44,728 nt of DNA, taken from positions 1-44,728 of the forward strand of contig JBPCUO010000026.1 in assembly GCA_051011135.1 (NCBI GenBank), in the 5' to 3' direction. The DNA comes from Bdellovibrionales bacterium. Lineage in GTDB: Bacteria; Bdellovibrionota; Bdellovibrionia; Bdellovibrionales; UBA1609. Below the pieces are notes generated by a model. It had not been told where the DNA came from. It searched no databases and saw only the letters and a program-made list of their open reading frames with translations. The translations under genes were made by a program, and so were the position numbers. This document shows, in pieces, positions 36,969 through 44,728 of this stretch; the first letter of the stretch is position 1, and each line of letters opens with the position of its first letter.

Positions 36969-37976
36969 TTAAAAGATTCCTTGTCGTTGAGCTTCTTGAA
37001 TGATTTCTTTTTCAGATACTGATTTTATAAAAACCTTCCCAGGTTTTTTGATAAAAACAAAATCTATTTGATGAGAAGATTTGTATTTTTTATCTTTTCT
37101 TAAAAATTTGATAAATTTATTTTTTGAAACTTTTTTTAAAGAAACAGGTATTAAAGATTTTATCTCATCAAAATCTGCTTGATTTAAAAAGTTTTTTTTA
37201 AAACTCCATGTTATAGAAAATAATAACCCCTGTAAGACGGCCACTCCATGAGGAAGACCATAAACCGATTCAAAGATATGACCTATCGTATGCCCTAAGT
37301 TTAATACTTTTCTTATTCCTTTTTTTTCATAAGGATCTTTTTTAACAATTTTCATTTTTAAAACAATAGCGGCTTGAGTCATTGAATCCGAGATTTGAGG
37401 AGATTTTTTTAGATTTTTATAAAAGCTTCCTCCTCCTATCAAAGCCATTTTTAATAACTCTCCATATCCAGATTGAACTTGTTTTTTAGAAAGAGTTTTG
37501 AAAAAATCTTTAACAATAAAAACAGCTTTTGGAAAATGATAAGATCCAATAAAATTTTTTATATTTTGAAAATTTAAAGCTGTCTTTCCTCCATGAGCAG
37601 AATCTAAGGCTGCTAAATAAGTTGTAGGAATATGCATGACAGGAGATCCTCTTTTATAGACAGAGGCTAAAAAACCTGTCACATCCCCTATACTACCTCC
37701 ACCTATACTTATAAATGCAAAATCGGTATGACAAGTTTTTTCAGAAATTTTTAAAATTTCTTTGAGATGAACCCCCAAAAATTTAACAGACTTAATCGAC
37801 TCACCTGATGGAATAAAATAAAAATGAAATCCTTTTTTTTTAAACCAACTTTTTAAAATCTTTTTGTTTTTAAATTTAGAATCACAAATGACAATAAAAT
37901 GCTTATAGGAATCGTCTAAGAGATTAGAAATTTCAGAAAATCTAGGTAATTTTGAACTCGATAAAACAGAAAACAT
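36969..37976 (-). CDS. aroB: 3-dehydroquinate synthase
   Basis: GGGSIGDVTGF, PTTYLAALDSAHGGKT, GELLK, LNLGHTIGH, HG.AV. Confidence 0.95.
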   Translation of the reverse strand: MFSVLSSSKLPRFSEISNLLDDSYKHFIVICDSKFKNKKILKSWFKKKGFHFYFIPSGESIKSVKFLGVHLKEILKISEKTCHTDFAFISIGGGSIGDVTGFLASVYKRGSPVMHIPTTYLAALDSAHGGKTALNFQNIKNFIGSYHFPKAVFIVKDFFKTLSKKQVQSGYGELLKMALIGGGSFYKNLKKSPQISDSMTQAAIVLKMKIVKKDPYEKKGIRKVLNLGHTIGHIFESVYGLPHGVAVLQGLLFSITWSFKKNFLNQADFDEIKSLIPVSLKKVSKNKFIKFLRKDKKYKSSHQIDFVFIKKPGKVFIKSVSEKEIIQEAQRQGIF

Positions 37977-38030
37977 GCTCCCTAGATAGCATAAACTAAA
38001 AATAAAGTCTCTATAAAAACAGAATATTAA

Positions 38031-38351
38031 TTAATGAATCTTTATATTTTGTTTCATGAGATCTATAAGGAAGTCTCTTTCTAAGTCATGATCTTCTTTT
38101 ATAAGATAAGACATTTTCTTTTGAGCTTCTTTTTGAGCTTTCATACAAGCTTCAACAACACTTAGTCCTTCTCCTTTGACTTTAAGATTAGAGAAACTCG
38201 TATCTATTAAAAAAGTAACACTATACTTTTTTTTATTTTGATCCATATAAATCACAACAGGAGCATTTAACTCTGAAGCTTTTTGATAAACAAAAGCCCG
38301 CTCTTCTTTAGAAGGTTTAAATTTTCCTATCAATTGAGATGCCGATACCAT
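38031..38351 (-). CDS. Hypothetical protein
   Basis: 106-aa ORF filling the gap; TTGACT-N16-CAAAAT 7 nt before ATG. Confidence 0.6.
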   Translation of the reverse strand: MVSASQLIGKFKPSKEERAFVYQKASELNAPVVIYMDQNKKKYSVTFLIDTSFSNLKVKGEGLSVVEACMKAQKEAQKKMSYLIKEDHDLERDFLIDLMKQNIKIH

Positions 38352-38430
38352 AGTTTTAATTTTGGGCTGAAATTAAAAAAAGTCAAGTTGGGATCTATAA
38401 AAGATACTTATACAAAAAGAAATAAACTCA

Positions 38431-41268
38431 TTAAACCAAAGTCTTTAACCAAGTTTCTATTTCTTTTTGGTCCTTATCATTGTAAGAATATTTTTTTATT
38501 TTTTTCTCAAAAGGATACACTTCACACATATAAATTGTTTCAACTTGATACATATTTTTTAAAACCCAACTGTAAAAAATCAACTGTTTTTTCGTGCTTT
38601 CAGAAAAGGAACTTTTGTAATCAAACAACCAAATTTCTTTGTCTTTTAAACCCCATAAGTCTATACGACCCTGTAAAGTAACATTATTTTTTCTAAATTT
38701 AAAATCCCATTCCGAATATCCTTGTTTTAAAAAATAAGAAAAATTAGGATCTTTTAATTCTAAAATAAAATCTAAACCTTTTTTGATATTTTCTTTTTTA
38801 TCTTGAGATAAGTGTGCCTGATTTAAAAATGAAGAAACATCCTCTAAAGAATGCCCCGATAAAAGTCTCAAATAATGATGAAGATGAATTCCTAAATTCA
38901 TCTTAGAAATTTTATTTTCAATAGGGCGAACACTAACAGATGTTGGTTTTAAATCTTTAACAAAATTTTGATACGAATTTGAAAAATCTTGTGAAGATTT
39001 TATATAACTTTTAGAAATGTCTTGAGGCTTATACAAAGGAACTGGCTTAACTTTATCTTGTGAGGGCTTCTTTTTAAAATCATACTTAAAATCATGTTTG
39101 ATTGAAAAACAATATTGATCTCGTGAGTAAATTCCCTCTTTCCATTCTTTTGTTTTTTTAGAATCCGATTCAGAATTTGAAATTGTTTCTAGTGATTGAA
39201 AAAAAGAATTTTGAATAAGCCAACTATTGCTCTTCATATCTTTATGAGAAGGAATCGCTAAAGCTAAGCTGTCTTGAGCTCTTGTCATAGCCACATAATA
39301 AAGTCGGTCTAACTCTTCTTTTTCTTTTTGTTTTTTACCTTCGATCATCTCCTTTTGAGGAAAAGATTTTATCTTTTTCATATATCGATTTCCAACAGGA
39401 ATGGAAAAAGCCATTTTTTTATTTTCGATATCAAAATTACAATGATTATCATTGGGAGGGTTGGGCTTTCCTAATGAGAAATCACATAAAATCACATGTT
39501 TAAACTGAAGGCCTTTGCTTTTATGAATCGTCATCAATTGAAGATCTTTTGAATCTAAAGCAGAAACTGCTTCTTGATCTCTAGAGGAATCTTCTTTTGA
39601 ATTTTCTTCTTCTAAAAAAGAATAAAAAACATCTAAAGGTTTTAAAGATGTTTTTAATAGAGATAAAAGCTTCCATAAATTCGCTTCAGAAACTCCTGAA
39701 GAATCCTGATAATAAGCGGTATCAAAATAAGATCTTTCTAAAAGAGCTTGTTCAAAAGTTTTTAATAAACCCTGATCTTTTTGAATCTCTAAATAGTTCT
39801 TCAAATCTTGAATCACTGATTCTTGCCCCTGTTTTTCCAATAAATAAGACCAAAAAGAAAGGGGGCTTTTCTCTTTATTATACTCATAAGATTTATCCAT
39901 GATTTTTTGATCTGTAAAATAAAAATAAGGAGTCCTTAAAAGAGAGGTTAAATTTAAATGATCATGAGGATTGATTAAAAATTTAAAAAGAAATAAAGCA
40001 TCTAAGATTAAACGATTATTAAAAAAACGAGAAGATCCATGCAAAACAAAATTCATTTTTTTCTTTTTTAAAAAAGAAGATACCTGATAAAGGTCTGAAT
40101 TTTTTCTAGATAAAATAGTGATATCGCTCAACTTAGACCCTTCATCTAAAAGTTGATGAATATAACAATAAAGAGCAGCAAAAAATTGTTCTTTGTCTTT
40201 GTTATAAGTAAGTATTTGAACACAGGGTTTTTTAGCATCACATATCTTGCCTTTAGGAGGTTGAAATTTGATAAACCCTTTTTCTTCTTTAAAAATATCA
40301 TTAAAAAAGTGAATCAATGAAGCTTGCGATCTGTAATTGGTGCTTAAATTTTGAATCTCACCCGATAAAGCCTTTCTTCTTCTTTGAAACACATTGGGAT
40401 CTGCTCCTCTAAAAAAATAAATACTTTGTTGAGGATCTCCTACACAAAATACATTTTTAAAATCATTCGTAAATGATTTCAGAATTTGTTCTTGAATCCA
40501 ACTCGTATCTTGGTACTCATCAATAAACCAGTAATCCCATTCTTTAAAATAAGCAGCAGCCACTTGAGGTTTTTTTCTCAGTAAATCTAAACTGAATAAA
40601 CCTAGGTCTTTCATCTCTAAACAGCCTTGTGTCTTTTTTTTCTCAATATATTCTAGAAAAAACTCATCTGCCATGAGTTTAAAATTCTTGAATAAAGGTA
40701 GAAAATTTTCTGCTTGATATTCCTCTTTATCCTCCTTTTTTAGATCCTTGTTTTTTAAAAAATCAGATTCATTTAATAAATCAATATTTCCATAAGCTAA
40801 TTTTTTTTCTATATAAAATTTTAAAGCCTCTTGAAGATCATTAAATTTTATCTTTTTTAAAAGATGAGAATGTTTTTCAAAAAAATAATCTTCAGATAAT
40901 TCATTAAATAATTTATTAATTTGTTGCGAGTCTTCTAAAGTAAAATCAGGATTTAATCCATACTCATAAGAATAATCTCTTAAAAAAGAACTTAATATAG
41001 AATCAATACTAGAAATACGAAAGCAAGAAGATTGAATGTAATTTAAAAAACCTGAGTCCGATTGCTCCTTAGCCCTTTCATAAAAACGCTCTTTGAGCTC
41101 TTGAGTGGCTTTAATAGTAAAAGTGCAAACAATCAAATAAGGTTTTTGTTTTTTATTTTCAAAACTTTTATAAGCTTGTATGACCTCATCAACAAGGTGA
41201 GTTGTTTTACCTGTTCCTGCACCAGCGCAAACAACTTTAGATTTTAACTGAAATGATGAGCTCGACAT
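38431..41268 (-). CDS. addA: UvrD-family helicase/nuclease AddA
   Basis: AGAGTGKT, DEYQD, VGDPQQSIY.FRGA, NYRS, TIHKSKGL, YVAMTRA, GRID...DYK. ATG 41268 has GGAGG RBS (track start 41286 less likely). Confidence 0.9.
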   Translation of the reverse strand: MSSSSFQLKSKVVCAGAGTGKTTHLVDEVIQAYKSFENKKQKPYLIVCTFTIKATQELKERFYERAKEQSDSGFLNYIQSSCFRISSIDSILSSFLRDYSYEYGLNPDFTLEDSQQINKLFNELSEDYFFEKHSHLLKKIKFNDLQEALKFYIEKKLAYGNIDLLNESDFLKNKDLKKEDKEEYQAENFLPLFKNFKLMADEFFLEYIEKKKTQGCLEMKDLGLFSLDLLRKKPQVAAAYFKEWDYWFIDEYQDTSWIQEQILKSFTNDFKNVFCVGDPQQSIYFFRGADPNVFQRRRKALSGEIQNLSTNYRSQASLIHFFNDIFKEEKGFIKFQPPKGKICDAKKPCVQILTYNKDKEQFFAALYCYIHQLLDEGSKLSDITILSRKNSDLYQVSSFLKKKKMNFVLHGSSRFFNNRLILDALFLFKFLINPHDHLNLTSLLRTPYFYFTDQKIMDKSYEYNKEKSPLSFWSYLLEKQGQESVIQDLKNYLEIQKDQGLLKTFEQALLERSYFDTAYYQDSSGVSEANLWKLLSLLKTSLKPLDVFYSFLEEENSKEDSSRDQEAVSALDSKDLQLMTIHKSKGLQFKHVILCDFSLGKPNPPNDNHCNFDIENKKMAFSIPVGNRYMKKIKSFPQKEMIEGKKQKEKEELDRLYYVAMTRAQDSLALAIPSHKDMKSNSWLIQNSFFQSLETISNSESDSKKTKEWKEGIYSRDQYCFSIKHDFKYDFKKKPSQDKVKPVPLYKPQDISKSYIKSSQDFSNSYQNFVKDLKPTSVSVRPIENKISKMNLGIHLHHYLRLLSGHSLEDVSSFLNQAHLSQDKKENIKKGLDFILELKDPNFSYFLKQGYSEWDFKFRKNNVTLQGRIDLWGLKDKEIWLFDYKSSFSESTKKQLIFYSWVLKNMYQVETIYMCEVYPFEKKIKKYSYNDKDQKEIETWLKTLV

Positions 41269-43943
41269 CTCTTCCTCCAAGAACATCTATCACAACTCTT
41301 TGGATCTTTAGGGATAGCGTAAAACTCCCCTTTCTCCATAGATTCAATATTTTGAGTAATTTTTAAATTTGATTTTTTAAGCAAATCATCAAAGAGTTCT
41401 CTTTTTTTAAAAAACTTTTTTCCTTTCCAAAAACTGTATCGAAAAGCATCTGCATCTTCTACATATCCTTTATAAGAAAAGTCTTTATAAGAATAATACA
41501 AAGCTCCAAAAATTCTAGATCCTTTTTCTATCCCTTGAATCAAACCCTTTTCTAAAGCTTGAGCGTATAAAAAAAGTTGAAAGTTTTCTTTTGTATCTTT
41601 AAGCCAACTGTCTATATTATCTAAAGAAGATCCTTTATAATCTAACATCAAGTAACCACGCTCTTTCTCATTATAATCGATACGATCTACCTTTCCTCTA
41701 AAAGGATAATTGCCTTTGGAATCCAGTTCAGATGTTTCTTTATTCCAAAAAGCTTCTATGCTTTTTTCAAAACTCCTAGGTTTTACATGAGGGCTTTCTT
41801 TTCTTTTTTGTATTTCTTTTTCTAAAAATTTTGAAGATAATTGGAGGATACTCTCTTTATAAAGATCCCATTGTTTTTGATTCAGAAATTTTTTATCTTC
41901 AGGCTTGGCGGAATCAATAATTTTTTCCAGATCTTGCCTCGATAAATCTAAAGATTTTTGTTTTAAAATCTGTTCAAATACTTTATGAATCAAAGATCCT
42001 GCATCTAAGGCGGACATCTCTCTATCTAAAACATTCAAATCTTTTATGTAAAAAAGATATTCCATGGCATATTTAAAAGGACATTCCGAAAAAAGATTTA
42101 GTTTTTTATGAGATAAGCCTAGATTTTTTATAGGGTAAGGAGATTCTTGATATTTAAAAAAATCTTGTATGCTTTCAGTAGTTTGTTTTGAAGAGTTTTT
42201 TAATAGAGAATCTAGATCTTTTTGTCTGTTTTGACTCTCCCAAGAGTTCTGACTAATATTTAATTCTCTTTTCTCTTTTGTTTCTGAAAAAATATAAAAA
42301 GAAGAGGGTGTTAAAATTTGTCCTAAAAAATTAGTTTTAGAAAAATTTAAAACAACTTCTTTAAAGTGAGAAGATTGCAAAAACCAAAACAAATTGTATT
42401 CTTTTTCTTTAGGATGAATCTCTGATAAAGCAAAACCAAGATCAGAAAAAAGAGCGTCTCTATCTTTTTGAGTGATAGAACTAGACACAAAATTTTGAAG
42501 AGAATCTTCATCTAAACCTAGTACGCAAATGTATTGCCCTCGAACAGAATCCATAGCATTAAAGCTTAAACAAGAAATACCTTCAGAGGGCTCTTCTAAA
42601 ACTTGTTTGGTTTTAGAAAAGATTTCCAATTCTAAAAGTTTTAACCAAGAACTCCATTTGAGTTCAAAATCTAGAGGAAAAGCTTGAAAACTTTGATATA
42701 TAAAATCCAGATCTAAAGCTTCTTTTTGAGGTAAAAAAGATAAAGCCCAATGAATAAACTCTTTGCCTTTGACTTTTTGATGAGCTGTTTTTTGGGAGGA
42801 TTTTTTGAGCCTATATTGAATATCTTTTAACCGAAAAGCTTTAGAGTATTGAGAAAAAAAATAAGAAAAAGAAGTGGTAGGATTATCATAAAAAGAATAT
42901 TCTTCTAATTTAGAAAAATCTAAAAAACCCAAATGCAAGTTTAAACTGGCTAACCAATATCTTATAAAAGGAAAATCTATGAATCGAGCGGTTACACTTT
43001 TTTTAACTCTTATATTTTCTTTTTTTAAATGAGCTTGAAGAGCAAACCAATAATCTTCTATTTGAGGAGCTAACAAAACAATCTGGCTTTCTTTTACCCC
43101 TTGCTCCAGCCATTGACGAACTTGTAAAGTGACTTTTTTAACTTCTTCTAAACAAGTTTTATGCTCTTGTTTAAAAATCCTAGTTTCTTTTTTGGATTCT
43201 TTAGAAAAACTTTGAATGCAAGAGGGAGGGATTTCATTAAAAAGAGTTTTATAAATATCTAAAGAATCCTTATAGATATTTGTGTCCTTTTTTAAATCTG
43301 GAACTATAAAAGTAAGCTCATTTTGAGAAGAGAATTCTTTTAATAAAACCAAATCACTTTCATCTAAACTAAAAGCTAGATCAATCTTGATTTTTTTCTT
43401 TGGAAAAGAAATGCTCCTTTGAGAAAGTTCATGAATTAAAAAACTTTTTAATCCTGATTTATGAATCATTTTTTGAGAAGATACATGTTTAAAAAAATCC
43501 TTGCACAAATTGTACCAAAATTTCCATCGATAAGACGCAGATCTTCCTTTGTCTTGAAACCATTCTTCTAAAAGTTCTGAGTTTTTAGGATGAAATAAAA
43601 TAGGCAAAAATTGTTCAAAATAATAAAGAATATTTTTAGAATCTTTAATTTTTCTTGCTCGAGAATTAGGATGAGTGGATAGAAATTCTAAAAAAACTTG
43701 AGCTAAAAAAGAATCTGAAACCAAGTTCCATTCTGGTTTTATTTGATAAAAAAGAGTTTCAAAAAATTCATAAATTCTTAAAACAGAATTATTTTTTAAA
43801 TACTTATTTTGTGTTAATAAATAATCCTCTACGGAAGATTTTGTTTTAATATCTGAAACGATAAAACATTCTTCTTCTGGATTAAATTCTTTTAAAATCT
43901 CCCATTTTTGATAAGGATCTTTGACTTTAAGAATATGAATCAT
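41244..43943 (-). CDS. addB: AddB-like PD-(D/E)XK nuclease with Fe-S cysteines
   Basis: ECPFKY, G.LIH..FE, GKVDRID, DYK, QL.LY, CDRC....RC; coupled to addA. Confidence 0.88.
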   Translation of the reverse strand: MIHILKVKDPYQKWEILKEFNPEEECFIVSDIKTKSSVEDYLLTQNKYLKNNSVLRIYEFFETLFYQIKPEWNLVSDSFLAQVFLEFLSTHPNSRARKIKDSKNILYYFEQFLPILFHPKNSELLEEWFQDKGRSASYRWKFWYNLCKDFFKHVSSQKMIHKSGLKSFLIHELSQRSISFPKKKIKIDLAFSLDESDLVLLKEFSSQNELTFIVPDLKKDTNIYKDSLDIYKTLFNEIPPSCIQSFSKESKKETRIFKQEHKTCLEEVKKVTLQVRQWLEQGVKESQIVLLAPQIEDYWFALQAHLKKENIRVKKSVTARFIDFPFIRYWLASLNLHLGFLDFSKLEEYSFYDNPTTSFSYFFSQYSKAFRLKDIQYRLKKSSQKTAHQKVKGKEFIHWALSFLPQKEALDLDFIYQSFQAFPLDFELKWSSWLKLLELEIFSKTKQVLEEPSEGISCLSFNAMDSVRGQYICVLGLDEDSLQNFVSSSITQKDRDALFSDLGFALSEIHPKEKEYNLFWFLQSSHFKEVVLNFSKTNFLGQILTPSSFYIFSETKEKRELNISQNSWESQNRQKDLDSLLKNSSKQTTESIQDFFKYQESPYPIKNLGLSHKKLNLFSECPFKYAMEYLFYIKDLNVLDREMSALDAGSLIHKVFEQILKQKSLDLSRQDLEKIIDSAKPEDKKFLNQKQWDLYKESILQLSSKFLEKEIQKRKESPHVKPRSFEKSIEAFWNKETSELDSKGNYPFRGKVDRIDYNEKERGYLMLDYKGSSLDNIDSWLKDTKENFQLFLYAQALEKGLIQGIEKGSRIFGALYYSYKDFSYKGYVEDADAFRYSFWKGKKFFKKRELFDDLLKKSNLKITQNIESMEKGEFYAIPKDPKSCDRCSWRKRCRAHHFS

Positions 43944-44563
43944 TTTTTTTGAATCTCTTTATAAATTTTTGAAAGAATTTGTTCTGCTTGTTGCTCTAAA
44001 AATGGCAGATCTTTATTATTTAAAATAAAAAAATCAACCAATTCTAAAATGTTTTTTTCTTCTTCTTGAGCCTGCCATCTTAAAAAAATATCTTCTTTTT
44101 TCCAGCCTTTTTTTTCTAATCTTTTAAGATTTAATTCCTTATCACTTTGAACCAAAACAATCGCATCAAAACGACCTTCCAAAGCTTTTTTAGACAGAAG
44201 AGGTACTTCATAAAAAATGATGCTTTGACTCTTTTGATCTTCTATAAATTTTTGAAATTTTTTTTGAACGAGAGGATGAATAATTTGTTCAACGGCTTTT
44301 AAAGTCGCAGGATTTTTAAAAAGAAAATCGGAGAGAATTTTTCGATCAAATTCTCCCTTTGAATTCAAAAAAGAATCTCCTAAAATCCCTAGTAAATTTT
44401 CAAAACAAGGCGTGTTTGGTTTCCATAAATCTCTAGACCATTGATCAGCTTTACAAACCACGAGCCCCTTAGATTTCATAAAATCAAGGACTTGGCTTTT
44501 CCCAGAGCCCATACGGCCTGTTATTAAGACAACAAATGTGGTTTTTTTCTGATTTAAATCCAT
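43940..44563 (-). CDS. coaE: Dephospho-CoA kinase
   Basis: ITGRMGSGKS, AD, DRK.L, EQIIHPLV, EVPLL. Confidence 0.93.
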   Translation of the reverse strand: MDLNQKKTTFVVLITGRMGSGKSQVLDFMKSKGLVVCKADQWSRDLWKPNTPCFENLLGILGDSFLNSKGEFDRKILSDFLFKNPATLKAVEQIIHPLVQKKFQKFIEDQKSQSIIFYEVPLLSKKALEGRFDAIVLVQSDKELNLKRLEKKGWKKEDIFLRWQAQEEEKNILELVDFFILNNKDLPFLEQQAEQILSKIYKEIQKK

Positions 44564-44580
44564 TCTTTACTAAGACTACC

Positions 44581-44608
44581 TAAAGTCTTAAGGGAATAAA
44601 ACCGATAA
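44581..44608 (+). promoter_or_regulatory. Sigma28-like promoter overlapped by inverted repeat TAAGACT-N6-AGTCTTA (44571-44590)
   Basis: TAAA-N16-ACCGATAA, 8 nt before ATG 44617. Confidence 0.5.
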
Positions 44609-44616
44609 AAATAGTG

Positions 44617-44728
44617 ATGAAAAAATCAAATAAGGTACATTTTAAATCTTTTGGAAAATACACTCTTATTAAAAAAATAGCATCAGGGGGTATGGCTGAT
44701 ATTTTCCTTGCTGTAGATTCTAATCCCT
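44617..44728 (+). CDS. Hanks-type Ser/Thr protein kinase, 5' part (runs off window)
   Basis: Own translation, not in the ORF track: MKKSNKVHFKSFGKYTLIKKIASGGMADIFLAVDSNP = subdomain I Gly-rich loop. Confidence 0.85.
   Translation, partial: MKKSNKVHFKSFGKYTLIKKIASGGMADIFLAVDSNP

Noticed and set aside
18318-41247. Short track ORFs 18318-18695, 19252-19437, 21830-22018, 22639-22830, 26582-26788, 28871-29128, 30437-30838, 38283-38681, 39597-39902, 41062-41247
   Set aside because: Overlap conserved housekeeping genes; composition looks non-coding.
1-44728. tRNA, rRNA or IS elements
   Set aside because: No T-loop/cloverleaf, rRNA-like GC-rich tract, transposase or terminal inverted repeats seen by eye; a covariance-model scan was not possible.

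Overview
AT-rich (roughly 30% GC by eye), densely coded bacterial chromosome segment. The gene complement (AddAB, Hanks kinase, VKOR-DsbA fusion, sigma54/sigma28-type promoters, FlgN-like protein) suggests a Bdellovibrionota/Oligoflexia-like organism, possibly host-associated; this is inference. The left part (1-13 kb) is accessory-rich: a tyrosine integrase cut by the window edge, a divergent pair of Zn-free ribosomal proteins (rpsD/rpmE2), orphan ORFs, four ankyrin genes (two are recent paralogues with an ankyrin-Zn ribbon-TM layout flanking an outer-membrane barrel gene), a YHS protein, a multicopper oxidase with a barrel-like tail, MlaC-like and VKOR-DsbA genes. The rest is housekeeping: argS, prpD, rsmH-ftsL-ftsI, hpt, dacB, a peptide-binding protein, HK-RR-rsmD-aminotransferase, menF-menD, all seven shikimate-pathway steps, addBA, coaE and the start of a Ser/Thr kinase. 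Three signals stand out: (1) an aroB-aroA-[aroK-aroD-aroE fusion]-aroC operon reproducing the domain order of eukaryotic AROM, each internal junction one inserted base from fusion; (2) an ankyrin locus with a 60-nt duplication whose 14 substitutions all avoid third codon positions; (3) many genes with a -10 element 6-9 nt before ATG and no Shine-Dalgarno, suggesting widespread leaderless mRNAs. No tRNA, rRNA or CRISPR array was seen.
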